Positions 37,594 to 47,657 of a DNA stretch of 64,000 nt are shown piece by piece. The stretch spans positions 352,001-416,000 of the forward strand of contig CBDFJG010000001.1 in the NCBI GenBank assembly GCA_965248445.1. The letters are read 5' to 3'. The DNA is from Planctomycetota bacterium. Its GTDB lineage: Bacteria; Planctomycetota; JAJSAM01; JAJVHW01. Position 1 is the first letter of the stretch, and each line of letters starts with the position of its first letter. Below the pieces are notes generated by a model. It was not told the DNA's origin and did not search any database. It saw nothing but the letters and a program-made list of their open reading frames with translations. A program made the position numbers and the translations under genes.

Positions 37594-39279
37594 CTACTCG
37601 ATGGGCTCCATGCGGACGACGATCTTCTGCCGGCAGAGTTCTGCGACGTGTCGGAAGCAGGCCTTCCAGTCCGCGAGCAGCTCCGGCTCATCCCGCGCGT
37701 AGGCCCGAAAGAACCGCAGTCGGTCCGCGTGCGAGATGCAGATCGGGATCGACGCCGAGAGCTGGGACAGATTCTTGAGCCGGCGCCGCCGCGGGACGTC
37801 CGCGTCGAACTCCACACGGTCATAGTCCGCGAGAACCACGGCCGTCCGTTCGCCCGACTCCCGGAGGAACAGGTTCACGGCCTTCAAGTCGGCGTGATAG
37901 GTGCCGGTCGCGTGCAGCCGCCGCAACAGGTGGGCAGTGGCCGCGATCAGGCGCCGCTTGTCACCCCGACCGGAGCTGTCCAGTGCCCCCGCGAACCGCT
38001 CGAGCGCGACGAGATCCAACCGTGTCGAGTCGCCGAGGTCCTCCATGACCAGAAACGACGACGACAGCAGCAATCCGCGCCCCAAGCACAGCAGAGCCAG
38101 CGGCTCGGCCGCTTCGAACCCTCGGACGATCAGCCCGTAGCCCGCGGTCCACGCAGCGACGTCGCGCGTGGTCCGGATCTGGTTCTTGAGTCGCGCGGCC
38201 ACGCCCCGGATGCGGTACTCCTTCACGATCACGGAGCGCCGTTCGTCGTCGATCCGGAGCGTCTGCCGCGTCAGCGCCGAACGGTGACTGTCCTTCAGCA
38301 CCGCCCGTCCGCCCACGGCGAGCGTTGCGGCATGCTCCTTGATCAGCGGGAGGAACGCCGAAGCGCGGATCGCGCGCAGGTGGTGCACGCGGTACGGCGA
38401 GAGGCGGGTCACGTCGAACCGTGACGAGCGGCCGAGGGCGCGGGCCGTGCGGCTCTTCACCCGCCGCTTCTCGAGCGCCGCGAGCCGCGGCTCGAGTTCC
38501 GCCGTGAGACCTCCGGAGCTGAGCAGCGCGCCGACGCGCGTCCCTGAGGGCCGCCCGCCCTCTTCTTCGTACGCGCGGCACATCGCGACGCGCTCCTCGG
38601 TCGTGGTGTCGAGCCGGATCGCGTGCAGGAGCGTGACGATGTCGGACCAGCGGGCGGTCTCACCCGGCGAGCTTGACCGTGCGACCGAGTGGAGATCGAT
38701 CACGTGCAGCGCCGGAGCGTCGGGAGGGCCGTTCACCAGAACGTTGCCGCCGTGCAAGTCGTTGTGCACGAACCCGGCGTCGTGCATTCGCCGGACCGTG
38801 CGCGAGAGTGACAGGAAGAGCTCCGAGCGGTGCTCGTCGCGGGCGTCACCCCAGCTCTCGCGAACGTACTGGTTGAGGAACCTCGCGCCGGGGATCGTGC
38901 GCACGACGAGCGCCGCGTCTCGGAGGACGATGGACCGCAACTCGCCCATCGCAAGACACGCGACCGTCGGGATACCCGCGCTGCGGAGGGCGCGGCTCGT
39001 CTCCCACTCGGCCTCTGCCCGAGAAGCCCGCACGGCATACTTGGCCCAGTCCAGCGGCCCGCGAACGGCGTAGCGCTTCACGATCACGTCGCCCAGGCCC
39101 GGCACGTCGGCGCGGATCACGGCGCGCACCAGGTTGCGCTTGACGAGCACCGCGCCGGGCAAGGCCTCGAGGTCGTCGAGCTGCGCCGCCACGACGTCGC
39201 GCACGCCGGCCACCGCGGACGGGAGCCCGAGCCACTCCAGACCACCTGCGGAGAACCGCACGGGAGCCGGCTCGCTCAA
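37594..39279 (-). CDS. LPS kinase (WaaP/InaA-like) with two tandem kinase domains
   Basis: VIVKRY...HNDLHGGN...IDL and VIVKEY...HADLKAVN...ADYD; TTGA overlap. Confidence 0.85.
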   Translation of the reverse strand: MSEPAPVRFSAGGLEWLGLPSAVAGVRDVVAAQLDDLEALPGAVLVKRNLVRAVIRADVPGLGDVIVKRYAVRGPLDWAKYAVRASRAEAEWETSRALRSAGIPTVACLAMGELRSIVLRDAALVVRTIPGARFLNQYVRESWGDARDEHRSELFLSLSRTVRRMHDAGFVHNDLHGGNVLVNGPPDAPALHVIDLHSVARSSSPGETARWSDIVTLLHAIRLDTTTEERVAMCRAYEEEGGRPSGTRVGALLSSGGLTAELEPRLAALEKRRVKSRTARALGRSSRFDVTRLSPYRVHHLRAIRASAFLPLIKEHAATLAVGGRAVLKDSHRSALTRQTLRIDDERRSVIVKEYRIRGVAARLKNQIRTTRDVAAWTAGYGLIVRGFEAAEPLALLCLGRGLLLSSSFLVMEDLGDSTRLDLVALERFAGALDSSGRGDKRRLIAATAHLLRRLHATGTYHADLKAVNLFLRESGERTAVVLADYDRVEFDADVPRRRRLKNLSQLSASIPICISHADRLRFFRAYARDEPELLADWKACFRHVAELCRQKIVVRMEPIE

Positions 39280-40046
39280 CGGCCCTCCCGGCCGGTCATC
39301 TCGCGCAGCTTCGCGTACTTGAGGAACACGTAGTACGACCCGGATATCGCGACGACCAGTCCGGGGACACCATCGAGCAAGCCAGCTTTCAGGAAGTACA
39401 TGCGCAGGAACTTCCAGAACGGCCGCAACGTGAGATCGAACAGCGACGCGCGCACGCCGGCGTCGAGCTTCCCCTGCGCCATGATCGACGTGTACGAGTT
39501 GATGATCCGCAGGTGGTCGGAGAGCGACCGATAGGAGTGGTGGAGGAGGTCGCCGGTGAGCCGCTCCACCTGTCCGTCCACGTACACGTGGTCGTGCGGG
39601 TTCACGCCACCCCACTTGCCCCTGGACCGGCGGAACAGCCGCAGCTTGCGGTCTGGATACCAGCCGCCGTGGCGGATCCACCGGCCCATGTAGTTCGTGC
39701 AGCGATTGAACTCGAAGCCGACCGGGAGTTCCGGGAGGGCGAGCGCGGCCAGGATGCTCGCGCGTAGTTCAGCCGAGACACGCTCGTCTGCGTCGAGACA
39801 CAACACCCACTCGTGGGAAGCGCTCTCGATGGCGTGGTTCTTCTGCTCGAGGTGCCCGGGCCAATCGCGCTCCTCGACACGCGCTCCGAACTCCTCGGCG
39901 ATCTCGCGCGTCGCGTCCGTGGAGTGGCTGTCGATCACCACCCACTCGTCGGCGAAGTCCGCCGACCGCAGGCAGTCGCCGATGTTGTCCGCCTCGTTCA
40001 TCGCGACGACGCACACCGAGAGCCTCGGCCGTCCTCCCCCGCTCAC
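39276..40046 (-). CDS. Glycosyltransferase family 2 (KdtX/WaaE-like)
   Basis: NEADNI, DSHSTD, QKN, LDADE, GGWYPD, VNPHD. Confidence 0.92.
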   Translation of the reverse strand: MSGGGRPRLSVCVVAMNEADNIGDCLRSADFADEWVVIDSHSTDATREIAEEFGARVEERDWPGHLEQKNHAIESASHEWVLCLDADERVSAELRASILAALALPELPVGFEFNRCTNYMGRWIRHGGWYPDRKLRLFRRSRGKWGGVNPHDHVYVDGQVERLTGDLLHHSYRSLSDHLRIINSYTSIMAQGKLDAGVRASLFDLTLRPFWKFLRMYFLKAGLLDGVPGLVVAISGSYYVFLKYAKLREMTGREGR

Positions 40047-40891
40047 GACGGGACCCCAGCGCCGGGAGTCTGTGCCGATCGGCGAAGCACGCCGTGGCGT
40101 GTGATGTGTGCGCGCAGGCGGCTCGCCAGTTCGCGCAACTCGGCGCGCGCAGGCCAGTCGGTGCCGGCGTAGGCCCGCAGGACGCGCAGTCTGTCCGTCC
40201 GGGTGACGGAGTCCCCCAGCGCCGCCCGCTTGGCGCCGTACCGGTCGAAGCGGAACAGCTCGGCGATCCGACGGGCCCGTGGCAGATCGTCCGCGGCCGT
40301 CGCGCGATCCAGATCCAGGATGAGCACGCGGCCGTCCGCGGTCCACAGCAGATTCTTGAAGTGCAGGTCGGGATGAGCGAACCCGGCGTCGTGCAGCGCG
40401 CGGATCGCACGACCGGCCGCAGCGAGCACGTCGCGGCGATCCCGCGGTACGACGCCGCCGCCGAGGACGGCGAGAACGTCGCGGGCGCCGGACTCCTCGC
40501 GCACCAGGAGCCAGCCCCGCCGCAGGCCGACCGCAGCCGGCCGGGAGACGATGCCGAGCGGCTCGCAGACGGGAACGCCGGCGGAGCGTGCTGCGACAAG
40601 GACCGCCAGCTCGTCGAGGAAGCGGCCGTCCCCGGCGTGTCGGTCAGCCGTCATGCGACGGAGGAGGCCGCCGTGGAGGTAGGGACGCACGAACACCGGC
40701 CCGACGTCCGGCACCTCGATCGCGAACGGCTCGCCCCGTCCGGCGTACGTCGCGTGCGCCCGGGCTCGAAGCTCGGCGGGCCGGGCGAGACCGGCGGCCG
40801 TCAGCCGGTCCGCGAGATCCTCGCGGAGGACGAGCGTCGCTCCGTCCGCGCTCTGCCGCGCGAACCCCGGGGGAACGTGGGCCCTCGGCAT
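40043..40891 (-). CDS. Kdo kinase-like protein (KdkA-like)
   Basis: GRG...VRPYLHGGLL, LHDAGFAHPDLHFKNLL, LDLDR. Confidence 0.85.
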   Translation of the reverse strand: MPRAHVPPGFARQSADGATLVLREDLADRLTAAGLARPAELRARAHATYAGRGEPFAIEVPDVGPVFVRPYLHGGLLRRMTADRHAGDGRFLDELAVLVAARSAGVPVCEPLGIVSRPAAVGLRRGWLLVREESGARDVLAVLGGGVVPRDRRDVLAAAGRAIRALHDAGFAHPDLHFKNLLWTADGRVLILDLDRATAADDLPRARRIAELFRFDRYGAKRAALGDSVTRTDRLRVLRAYAGTDWPARAELRELASRLRAHITRHGVLRRSAQTPGAGVPS

Positions 40892-40997
40892 GGGCGAGAC
40901 CTTACCGATCCGGGGTGGATTCGGGCCCTTTCCCGCTTTGGAGCCTCGAATCCGAGAGCCATCGACAGTTCGATCGCGCCCCTTGGCGGGGCGCTGC

Positions 40998-43388
40998 TCA
41001 CCTTTCGAACTTCTTGCCGCCCTTGCGCCGTGTCATGGGCAGGTCGATGGCGTCCTCGTAGGCGCGGTCGATCGAGATCGAGAACGGGATCGACATGCCT
41101 GCGACGTCGGCGGCGGCGGTGTTCGCGGGGACGGCCCCGGAGAAGTCGGCGTCGACCAGATCCGTGAGCGGCGTGACACCGGTCGCCTTGATCTTGAAGA
41201 GCCCCTTCACGAGGTCGACGTCGACGGTGACCTTCGGTGTCTCGCCCCTGCCGGACTTGAAGCGATACCGCGACCCGGAGCGCCCCCGGCGCCGCAGAAC
41301 GAAGTCGTTCAGGACGAGATCGCCGATGGTGAAGTCGCCGGTCAGACCGGGCGTCGATGGCGGCGTGCTGCCGGGGCAGAGTCGCAGCGCGCCCGTCACC
41401 TGCACGCTGTCGGACTTGACCTCAGGAGCCGCCTGTCCCTTTCTCACCTTCAGGCTTCGCTTCACGCGGAGCGTGTCCACGAAGAGCGAGCCGCCGGGCA
41501 CTCCGGCGCCGTCCGATACCACCCTGCGGCCGGAGCCGAATTTCGGCTGCAGCGCGTCGATCCGCACGTCGCCGTGGAGCAGCGAGTCCTCGTCTGCCAC
41601 CGCGCCAACGACGTCCGCCCGCGATCGCAGCGTGATCCGAACGCGGAACGCAATCGGCTCGAACGACGACTGCAGCGTCCCGCGACTCAGCTTGAAGTCG
41701 TAGGTCTGCTTGGCCAGGTCCACCGTCAGCTTTCCGCGTCCCGGATTGGCGCGGAAGCTCCACGTCGCGGATGAACCGTCCTTGGCAAACTTCACGGAGG
41801 GCGCACGTTGCGAGAGGTTGTTGTAACGCAGCGTGCCGCCGTCGGCGTTGTCGATGCCGAACGTGAACTCGTTGCCGGGCGACGAAGAGACGGTCACGAT
41901 CACCTCGGTGATGCGGGCGAGTTCACCGTCGGCCCACACGCGCCCGACGGTGATGCGACTCTGCGGCGCATCGCCGAACACGACGGGGGCCGTCTCGCCG
42001 GGGCCGTCCCCGAACGGCGGCAACCGGAAGGCGCCCGACGACTTCAGCGTGTCCTTGTTGATCGCCGTCTTGTTCTTCAGATCCACCTTGACGATACGGA
42101 AGTGGTTGGGCCCCGCCGCCTCGCCACCCGCCGGGAGCACGATGTGCGTCTCGGCCGGTGTCTGGTACGCCGCACTTCCCTCGGCGACGGCGGCGACCGT
42201 CGTAACGCCGTCCTCGTTCGCAAGCGGTAGCGGGTTGCCGCCGGCCACGACCGAGAAGATCCCGCTTCCGCCGATGTCGTCCGACAGCGGCACGCCGAAG
42301 ATGAGTGTGCCATCCGCTGAGGCACGCACGGTGGCGGCCTCGAAGGTGTCGAACGTCCCGCCAAGCGGCGTCTCGTCACCCTCGAGCACCACCACCGTGG
42401 GCACGTACACAGGCGGCGCCGCCTTGAACAGCCCGCTGGGCGACGGTGCGCCGGCCAGCGTCGCGGCGAAGTAGATGGTCGCCGTTCCATCAATGGCAAA
42501 GTCGTTCAGGATCGAGAAGTTGCCGCCGCCGGGTGCAGCGTCGCCCGAGAGCCCGAGCTTGACGATGCGTGCGCCGGAGCCGTTCGAGTCACGGAGGAAG
42601 AGACCGGGCGAGATCGTGCCACCGGATTCGGTCAGCGCGAAGATGGCGGCGTCGCCTTTGGCGTTGGCGCGGGTGCGCGCGATCGTCTGATACGTACCGC
42701 CTGCGGGAGACGGATCACCGGTCAGGAGCAACGGTGTGAGCGAGACCGTGTCTTCATCGAACAGGAAGATGCCCGTGCGCCCGTCCGGCGCACCCAGTTG
42801 CGCGGTGACGAGGGCCCGTCCGAACCCAGACGGCAGCCGGCCGAGCGCGACGGCGTCGAAGAACGATCCCCACGGCACGGGGTCGCCGAATGCGTCGTCG
42901 ATCGGAGAGTCGAGGCCGAAGCGGCCGATGCGGTAGATCGTGTTGCTTCGACGGAAGTAGGCGCCTCGACGCGGCAGGGCTTCGTTGAGTTGCGTCAGCG
43001 GATCGTCGGGGATGACGGTGGACGCGACGAGTCCGATGTCGCCGTCGGCGTTGATCGTCCCGGCGTTGAACGTCTCCCAGCGCTCGAGGTTGAAACCGAC
43101 GAAGAAGTCGTTCGTCTCGCCTCGCTGCGCCACGATCTGTCCAGCCGTCTCGAGTTCGCGAATCACGAGCGTCTCGGTCACACCAGTCAGGTCGCGCGCA
43201 TACAGAAGCTGGCCGGCGTCATTCCCCCAGAACGGCCCCACCGTCCCCGCGCCGTCGACGATCGCGTCGGTGGGCGCGAGGCACCCTGCGCCGGCGGCGC
43301 CGCCGAGCGTCAGGCAGATCACCGCGAGCGCGGCGGCGCCCAGTCGATGCACGTACCGGCTTGCTCTCGTGGCTCTCGGCACTTTCAC
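40998..43388 (-). CDS. Large secreted protein with NxxGxxAF-like propeller repeats
   Basis: Signal-like N-terminus; repeats INADGDIGL, NAKGDAAIFA, IDGTATIYFAA, GDPSPAGG; Lys-rich beta C-terminus. Confidence 0.7.
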   Translation of the reverse strand: MKVPRATRASRYVHRLGAAALAVICLTLGGAAGAGCLAPTDAIVDGAGTVGPFWGNDAGQLLYARDLTGVTETLVIRELETAGQIVAQRGETNDFFVGFNLERWETFNAGTINADGDIGLVASTVIPDDPLTQLNEALPRRGAYFRRSNTIYRIGRFGLDSPIDDAFGDPVPWGSFFDAVALGRLPSGFGRALVTAQLGAPDGRTGIFLFDEDTVSLTPLLLTGDPSPAGGTYQTIARTRANAKGDAAIFALTESGGTISPGLFLRDSNGSGARIVKLGLSGDAAPGGGNFSILNDFAIDGTATIYFAATLAGAPSPSGLFKAAPPVYVPTVVVLEGDETPLGGTFDTFEAATVRASADGTLIFGVPLSDDIGGSGIFSVVAGGNPLPLANEDGVTTVAAVAEGSAAYQTPAETHIVLPAGGEAAGPNHFRIVKVDLKNKTAINKDTLKSSGAFRLPPFGDGPGETAPVVFGDAPQSRITVGRVWADGELARITEVIVTVSSSPGNEFTFGIDNADGGTLRYNNLSQRAPSVKFAKDGSSATWSFRANPGRGKLTVDLAKQTYDFKLSRGTLQSSFEPIAFRVRITLRSRADVVGAVADEDSLLHGDVRIDALQPKFGSGRRVVSDGAGVPGGSLFVDTLRVKRSLKVRKGQAAPEVKSDSVQVTGALRLCPGSTPPSTPGLTGDFTIGDLVLNDFVLRRRGRSGSRYRFKSGRGETPKVTVDVDLVKGLFKIKATGVTPLTDLVDADFSGAVPANTAAADVAGMSIPFSISIDRAYEDAIDLPMTRRKGGKKFER

Positions 43389-43688
43389 GATCCTCTCTCG
43401 ACCTCCGGAGGCCGCCCGATCCTGTCGCCGAGCAGACCGTCCGACACCCCCCGGCCGCTGCGAGGCACCGGGAAAGGTGATTGTAGGCGCGCTTGGCCTT
43501 CACAACGGACCCGCGAATGTCCTGCCGGGCTCGTTCTCACGCTCCTGAGAAGGGCACAGCCGGGGCGACGTCAACGATCGTTTACGGCCTGCCCGGCGAG
43601 CGGCGAACAACCGTATCGGCCCAGGGCCTCGACACCTGCGGAGGTTCCTCTGTTCCGCGGGTGGCGTGCGGCCCCGATACTCGCGCTG

Positions 43689-44747
43689 ATGAATGGGCCG
43701 GCCGCCGCAGAGAGAATCCTCCTCGTGCGACTCTCGTCGCTCGGCGACGTCCTCCAGGCGATGCCGGCGCTGGCCGGTCTCCGCGCGGCCCGGCCGAACG
43801 CCGCGATCGGCTGGCTGGTCGAGCGCCGCTTCGAGGACGCCGTGCAGGGCCACCCGCACATCGACCGCGTCTTCGTGTTCGACCGGAAGAAGAGCGGCAG
43901 CCTGCTTTCGAATGCCGGGGCGGCGTGGCGGACGAGGCGGGAACTGCGTGCGTGGCGGCCGGACGTGGCCGTGGATCTGCAGGGCAACCTGAAGGGTGCG
44001 ATGCTCGCATGGCTCTCTGGTGCGCCCCGGCGGATCGGTTTACCCCGTGGCGAGGCGAGCGAAGGGGCGCATCGACTGGCTACCGAGACCGTAGCTGCGT
44101 CCCCCGATTCGCGGGAACACCGCAGCGAACGGGCCCGCCGTCTGCTCACGCCGCTTGGAGCGAACGGTTCGGGCGATGCGGAACTTGTCCCTGTCGACGA
44201 GCGCACGCGATCCGCGGTGACGTCGGCACTGGCTGCGGCGGACGTGGACGACGGACGCTTCGTGCTGCTGCTGCCGGGCACGAGCGACTTCGGCGCGTTC
44301 AAGCGCTGGCCGGCGCTACGCTTCGCGGCACTGGCACGGGAGCTGCAGTCGCGGGAGGGAGTGCCGTCGCTCGTCGGCTTCGGTCCGGGCCAGAGGGGCC
44401 TCGCGGAGGAGATCGTCGCCGCGTCGGACGGCGCCGCCCGCCTGGCACCGGAGACGCGTGACCTGCGCGAGGTGCGCGCACTCGCCGAGCGTGCCGCCGT
44501 CGTGGTCGGTCCGGACTCCGGACCACTGACGCTCGCCTCCCTGGCCGGGTGTCCGACCGTCGTCCTGTTCGGCCCCAAGGATCCGCAGATCTACGCGCCG
44601 CGCGGTCCGAAGACCGCGCACGTGTGGAAGGGTGTCTATTGCTCGCCCTGCGCACTGCGTCAGTGCGCCGACCCGATCTGCATGACGACCATGAGTGTGG
44701 ACGAGGTCCTGGTCGGCATCGCAGAGGCATGCGGAGGCGTGGCATGA
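43689..44747 (+). CDS. Glycosyltransferase family 9 (heptosyltransferase-like)
   Basis: ILLVRLSSLGDV, DLQGNLK, KRWP, DSGP, LFGP. Confidence 0.92.
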   Translation: MNGPAAAERILLVRLSSLGDVLQAMPALAGLRAARPNAAIGWLVERRFEDAVQGHPHIDRVFVFDRKKSGSLLSNAGAAWRTRRELRAWRPDVAVDLQGNLKGAMLAWLSGAPRRIGLPRGEASEGAHRLATETVAASPDSREHRSERARRLLTPLGANGSGDAELVPVDERTRSAVTSALAAADVDDGRFVLLLPGTSDFGAFKRWPALRFAALARELQSREGVPSLVGFGPGQRGLAEEIVAASDGAARLAPETRDLREVRALAERAAVVVGPDSGPLTLASLAGCPTVVLFGPKDPQIYAPRGPKTAHVWKGVYCSPCALRQCADPICMTTMSVDEVLVGIAEACGGVA

Positions 44748-45658
44748 GGCGCGCCCTCCTCCTGGCGGCCGTTCTCTCGTTGGCCACGCCCTGCGCCCGG
44801 TCGGCGGACGATTCTCCGCCGCTCAGCATCACTCTGGCCGACAAGAGCGTGCGCGTCGGGAGCGACATCGTGCTCCGCCTGAAGTTCGAGAACCGCGGGC
44901 GGGACGAGGTCACGCTGCCGGCGTTGAGGCTCGCGCGCGACGCCGTCACGCTGACCGTCGCCGGACCGGAGTCGGGTCTGACCCGCACCATGATCACGAG
45001 GCTCTACGGCTCGTTCGAGTCGCAGGACGACGGTGTCGAGTTCCGCGAGCGACCCACCCGGCGCGTGCGGGTGCCCGCCGGGAAATCGATCGCCGCCGAC
45101 ATCCGGTTGCCTGCGCTCGTGACCGGAGACCTGACACTGAGCGTGGCGCTGGGTCAGCCCGGTCCTACGCGCCTTCGCGCGGAGTCGGTGACCGTCAAGG
45201 TGACCGCGGCGCGCACCGCGAGCGTGCCGACGGCCGTGGTGGTGACCTCGCGCGGCGAGATCACTCTGCGGATCGACCCACTCACGGACTACGGCGCGGC
45301 GGCCCAGTTCTGGGCGCTCGCGCGCTCAGGGTTCTACGACGGCCTGCCCGTGCACCGCGTGATCCCCGGACGGCTCGCGCAGACGGGCGACCCGCGCGGC
45401 AACGGCACCGGCGACGCCGGCTGGTTCGTTCCGGGCGCCGGATCGGCGACGAAGTTCGCAGTCGGCGACGTCGGGCTTGCGCGCGGCGCCCACAGGGACT
45501 CTGCCAGCTCGCAGTGGTTCGTGGTGCTCGCCGACGACGGTCCCAAGGGCAAGTTCGCGCGGGTCGCAACGGTGATCTCGGGTCTCGACGTCGCCCGCGC
45601 GCTGCGCGCAGGCGACATACCCGACCGCGTCAAGGCGATCCGCGGCGAAGTGCGCTAG
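44744..45658 (+). CDS. Secreted cyclophilin-type PPIase with N-terminal Ig-like domain
   Basis: GFYDGLPVHRVIPG, QTGDPRGNGTG, DSASSQWF. Confidence 0.85.
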   Translation: MRRALLLAAVLSLATPCARSADDSPPLSITLADKSVRVGSDIVLRLKFENRGRDEVTLPALRLARDAVTLTVAGPESGLTRTMITRLYGSFESQDDGVEFRERPTRRVRVPAGKSIAADIRLPALVTGDLTLSVALGQPGPTRLRAESVTVKVTAARTASVPTAVVVTSRGEITLRIDPLTDYGAAAQFWALARSGFYDGLPVHRVIPGRLAQTGDPRGNGTGDAGWFVPGAGSATKFAVGDVGLARGAHRDSASSQWFVVLADDGPKGKFARVATVISGLDVARALRAGDIPDRVKAIRGEVR

Positions 45659-45664
45659 CGCCGG

Positions 45665-47560
45665 CTAGCGGACGCTGCGCAGGAAGTCGAGGTACGTCTC
45701 CGGCGTGCGTGCGTTCGACCAGTCGGCGGACGCGAGGATCTCGCCCGTGTGCGGATCGACGATCACGTGCCGCGGGATCGAGATGTTCCCGACGAGTTTC
45801 TTCATGCGCGCCCGCTGCTGTACGTCGAGAGGTGCGATGGTCGGGTCCTGGATCCAGATCTGCATCAGCTCGAAGCGGTCGAGTTCCCGGCGAACTTCCG
45901 GGGACGTGGAGATCATGATCTCCAGCGCCGCGCAGTTGATTCAACCCTTGCCGGTGAAGTCGAACAGCACGTAGCGGTCGGCGGCAATCGCCCGTTCGCG
46001 CGCGCCTTCCCAGTCGTTTCGCGGCCACTCCAGGTGCGCTGTGTCACCCGCGGAGCCCCCATCGCCGACGATCCAGAGATCCTTCGGCTCGGTCTGGATG
46101 AAGCCCTCGAGGTCCGACGCCAGCGGGCGGCCGAACAGCCCCGGCACGATGTAGAGCCCGAGCGAGAAGAACATGACGGCGAACAGCATGCGCAGGGTGC
46201 CGACGGTCTCCACCTTCGTGTCCTTGGGCAGCGAGAAGATCCCGAACAGGTACATCGCCGCTGCGAACGCGCACGCCGCCCAGATCGCGAGCACCAGCGT
46301 TCGCGGCAGGATGTCCCAGTCGTGGTTGATGGCGACCGTTCTGAAGAACTTGAACGCCAGTCCGAACTCCACGAATCCCATCGTGACCTTGACCGCGTTC
46401 ATCCAGCCGCCGGCCCGCGGCATCGTCTTGAGCAGCGCCGGGAACAGCGAGCAGAAGAAGAAGGGCACCGCGACGGTGACCGAGTACGCGAGCAGTCCGA
46501 TCAGCGCGGCGGACTTGTCGCCTTCCTCGAACGTCGTGAACATGATCGCGAGGAACGGGATCGAGCAGGAGAACGAGGTCAGGGCGAGCGTCATCGCCAT
46601 GAAGAACGGCCCGATCAACCCGGTCGCCGAACTGCGCTTCGTCGTGGCGTCGGTGAGGAACCCCGGAAGACGCAGGTCGAACAGGCCGAACAGCGACAGC
46701 GCCAGCACGACGAAGAGCACGCCGACGAACACGTTGAACGCATCGCCGCGTGCCATCACGTCGAGGCTCGCTCCGAAGATCAGACCGACCACTGTCAGCG
46801 TGAAGATGATGCCGAACGCGTAGACCAGCGCCTTCGGCAGGACGGCGCCCTCCTGCTTGCTGAAGAAGCTCACGGTGACAGGGAGCAGCGGGAACACGCA
46901 CGGGGTCAGCAGCGTGATGAGACCCCAGAAGACGCCGCTGCCGATGATGCCGCCGACGCCGCCGGACATCTCCTCGGGTTCGCCGGCGCCGGGCACGACC
47001 GGAGACGCGCCGTTGCCGCCCGTCTCCGGCCCCAGCCATTCCGTGACGACGAACGACGCCTCGATCGGCCGCGTCTCCTCGGGCAGGCACTGCATCGGAT
47101 CGCACGCCATCGCGCTGAACGAGCCCCCGATCGTGCGCGGTCCGAGCGCCGCGTCCGGCGCAACCGTCACCGCGATCGAGAACGTCACCTCGGCCTCGTG
47201 CTCGATCGTGATCAGATCGGGCATGTCGGGGATCCGTGCGATCTCGTGCGGCTCCGGAAACTCGCTGAGCGCGCCCGCGGTCAGGCCCTCCGGCAGATCG
47301 AGCTCGATCCGCGGCGGCTGGCCGTACTTCAACCCGTAGAGATGCCAGTCCGGGACGATCTCGATCTTGACGCGAACTTGCGTCGTTCCGCCGGCCGGAA
47401 CGGTCGCCGGGTCCGCCGTGACCGAGACGATCTCGAACTTCTGCTCCTCCGCGAGCCCGCCGCCAAGCGGGTCGTCCTGCGCGATCGCGAGACCCGACCA
47501 CAGCGCACACGCGGCGGCGAGGGGCAGGGCGATCTTGCGAAGCAGGGCGTGGATCTTCAT
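45665..47560 (-). CDS. dsbD: Thiol:disulfide interchange protein DsbD, predicted selenoprotein (UxxC)
   Basis: Alpha domain WHLY and CDPMQC; TM domain TPCVFPLLP and FSCSIP, GGWM; thioredoxin domain FDFTGKG-TGA-INC continues in frame to the stop at 45665, with cis-Pro-like SIP. Confidence 0.88.
45903..45929 (-). promoter_or_regulatory. Putative SECIS-like hairpin in dsbD
   Basis: GGCG-C-UGGAGAU-CAUG-AUCUCCA-CGUC at +12 to +38 after UGA; the loop differs from the E. coli fdhF type. Confidence 0.55.
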
Positions 47561-47579
47561 GGACCCGGGTCTCCAGGGT

Positions 47580-47615
47580 GGGTCAGGGGCAGAGTCAGCG
47601 GCAGGGTCAGGGGCG
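47580..47615. repeat. Three tandem imperfect 12-mers upstream of dsbD
   Basis: GGGTCAGGGGCA GAGTCAGCGGCA GGGTCAGGGGCG. Confidence 0.6.
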
Positions 47616-47657
47616 CGAGAACTCTACTGCGACGACGCGAACCACGAGACGGTTCAC

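Noticed and set aside
43389..43688. 300-nt divergent intergenic region as a riboswitch or ncRNA
   Set aside because: No recognisable conserved motif by eye; an Rfam scan is needed.
44081..44091. TACCGAGACCG match to the hairpin family end
   Set aside because: Inside the GT9 coding sequence with no partner arm; probably chance.
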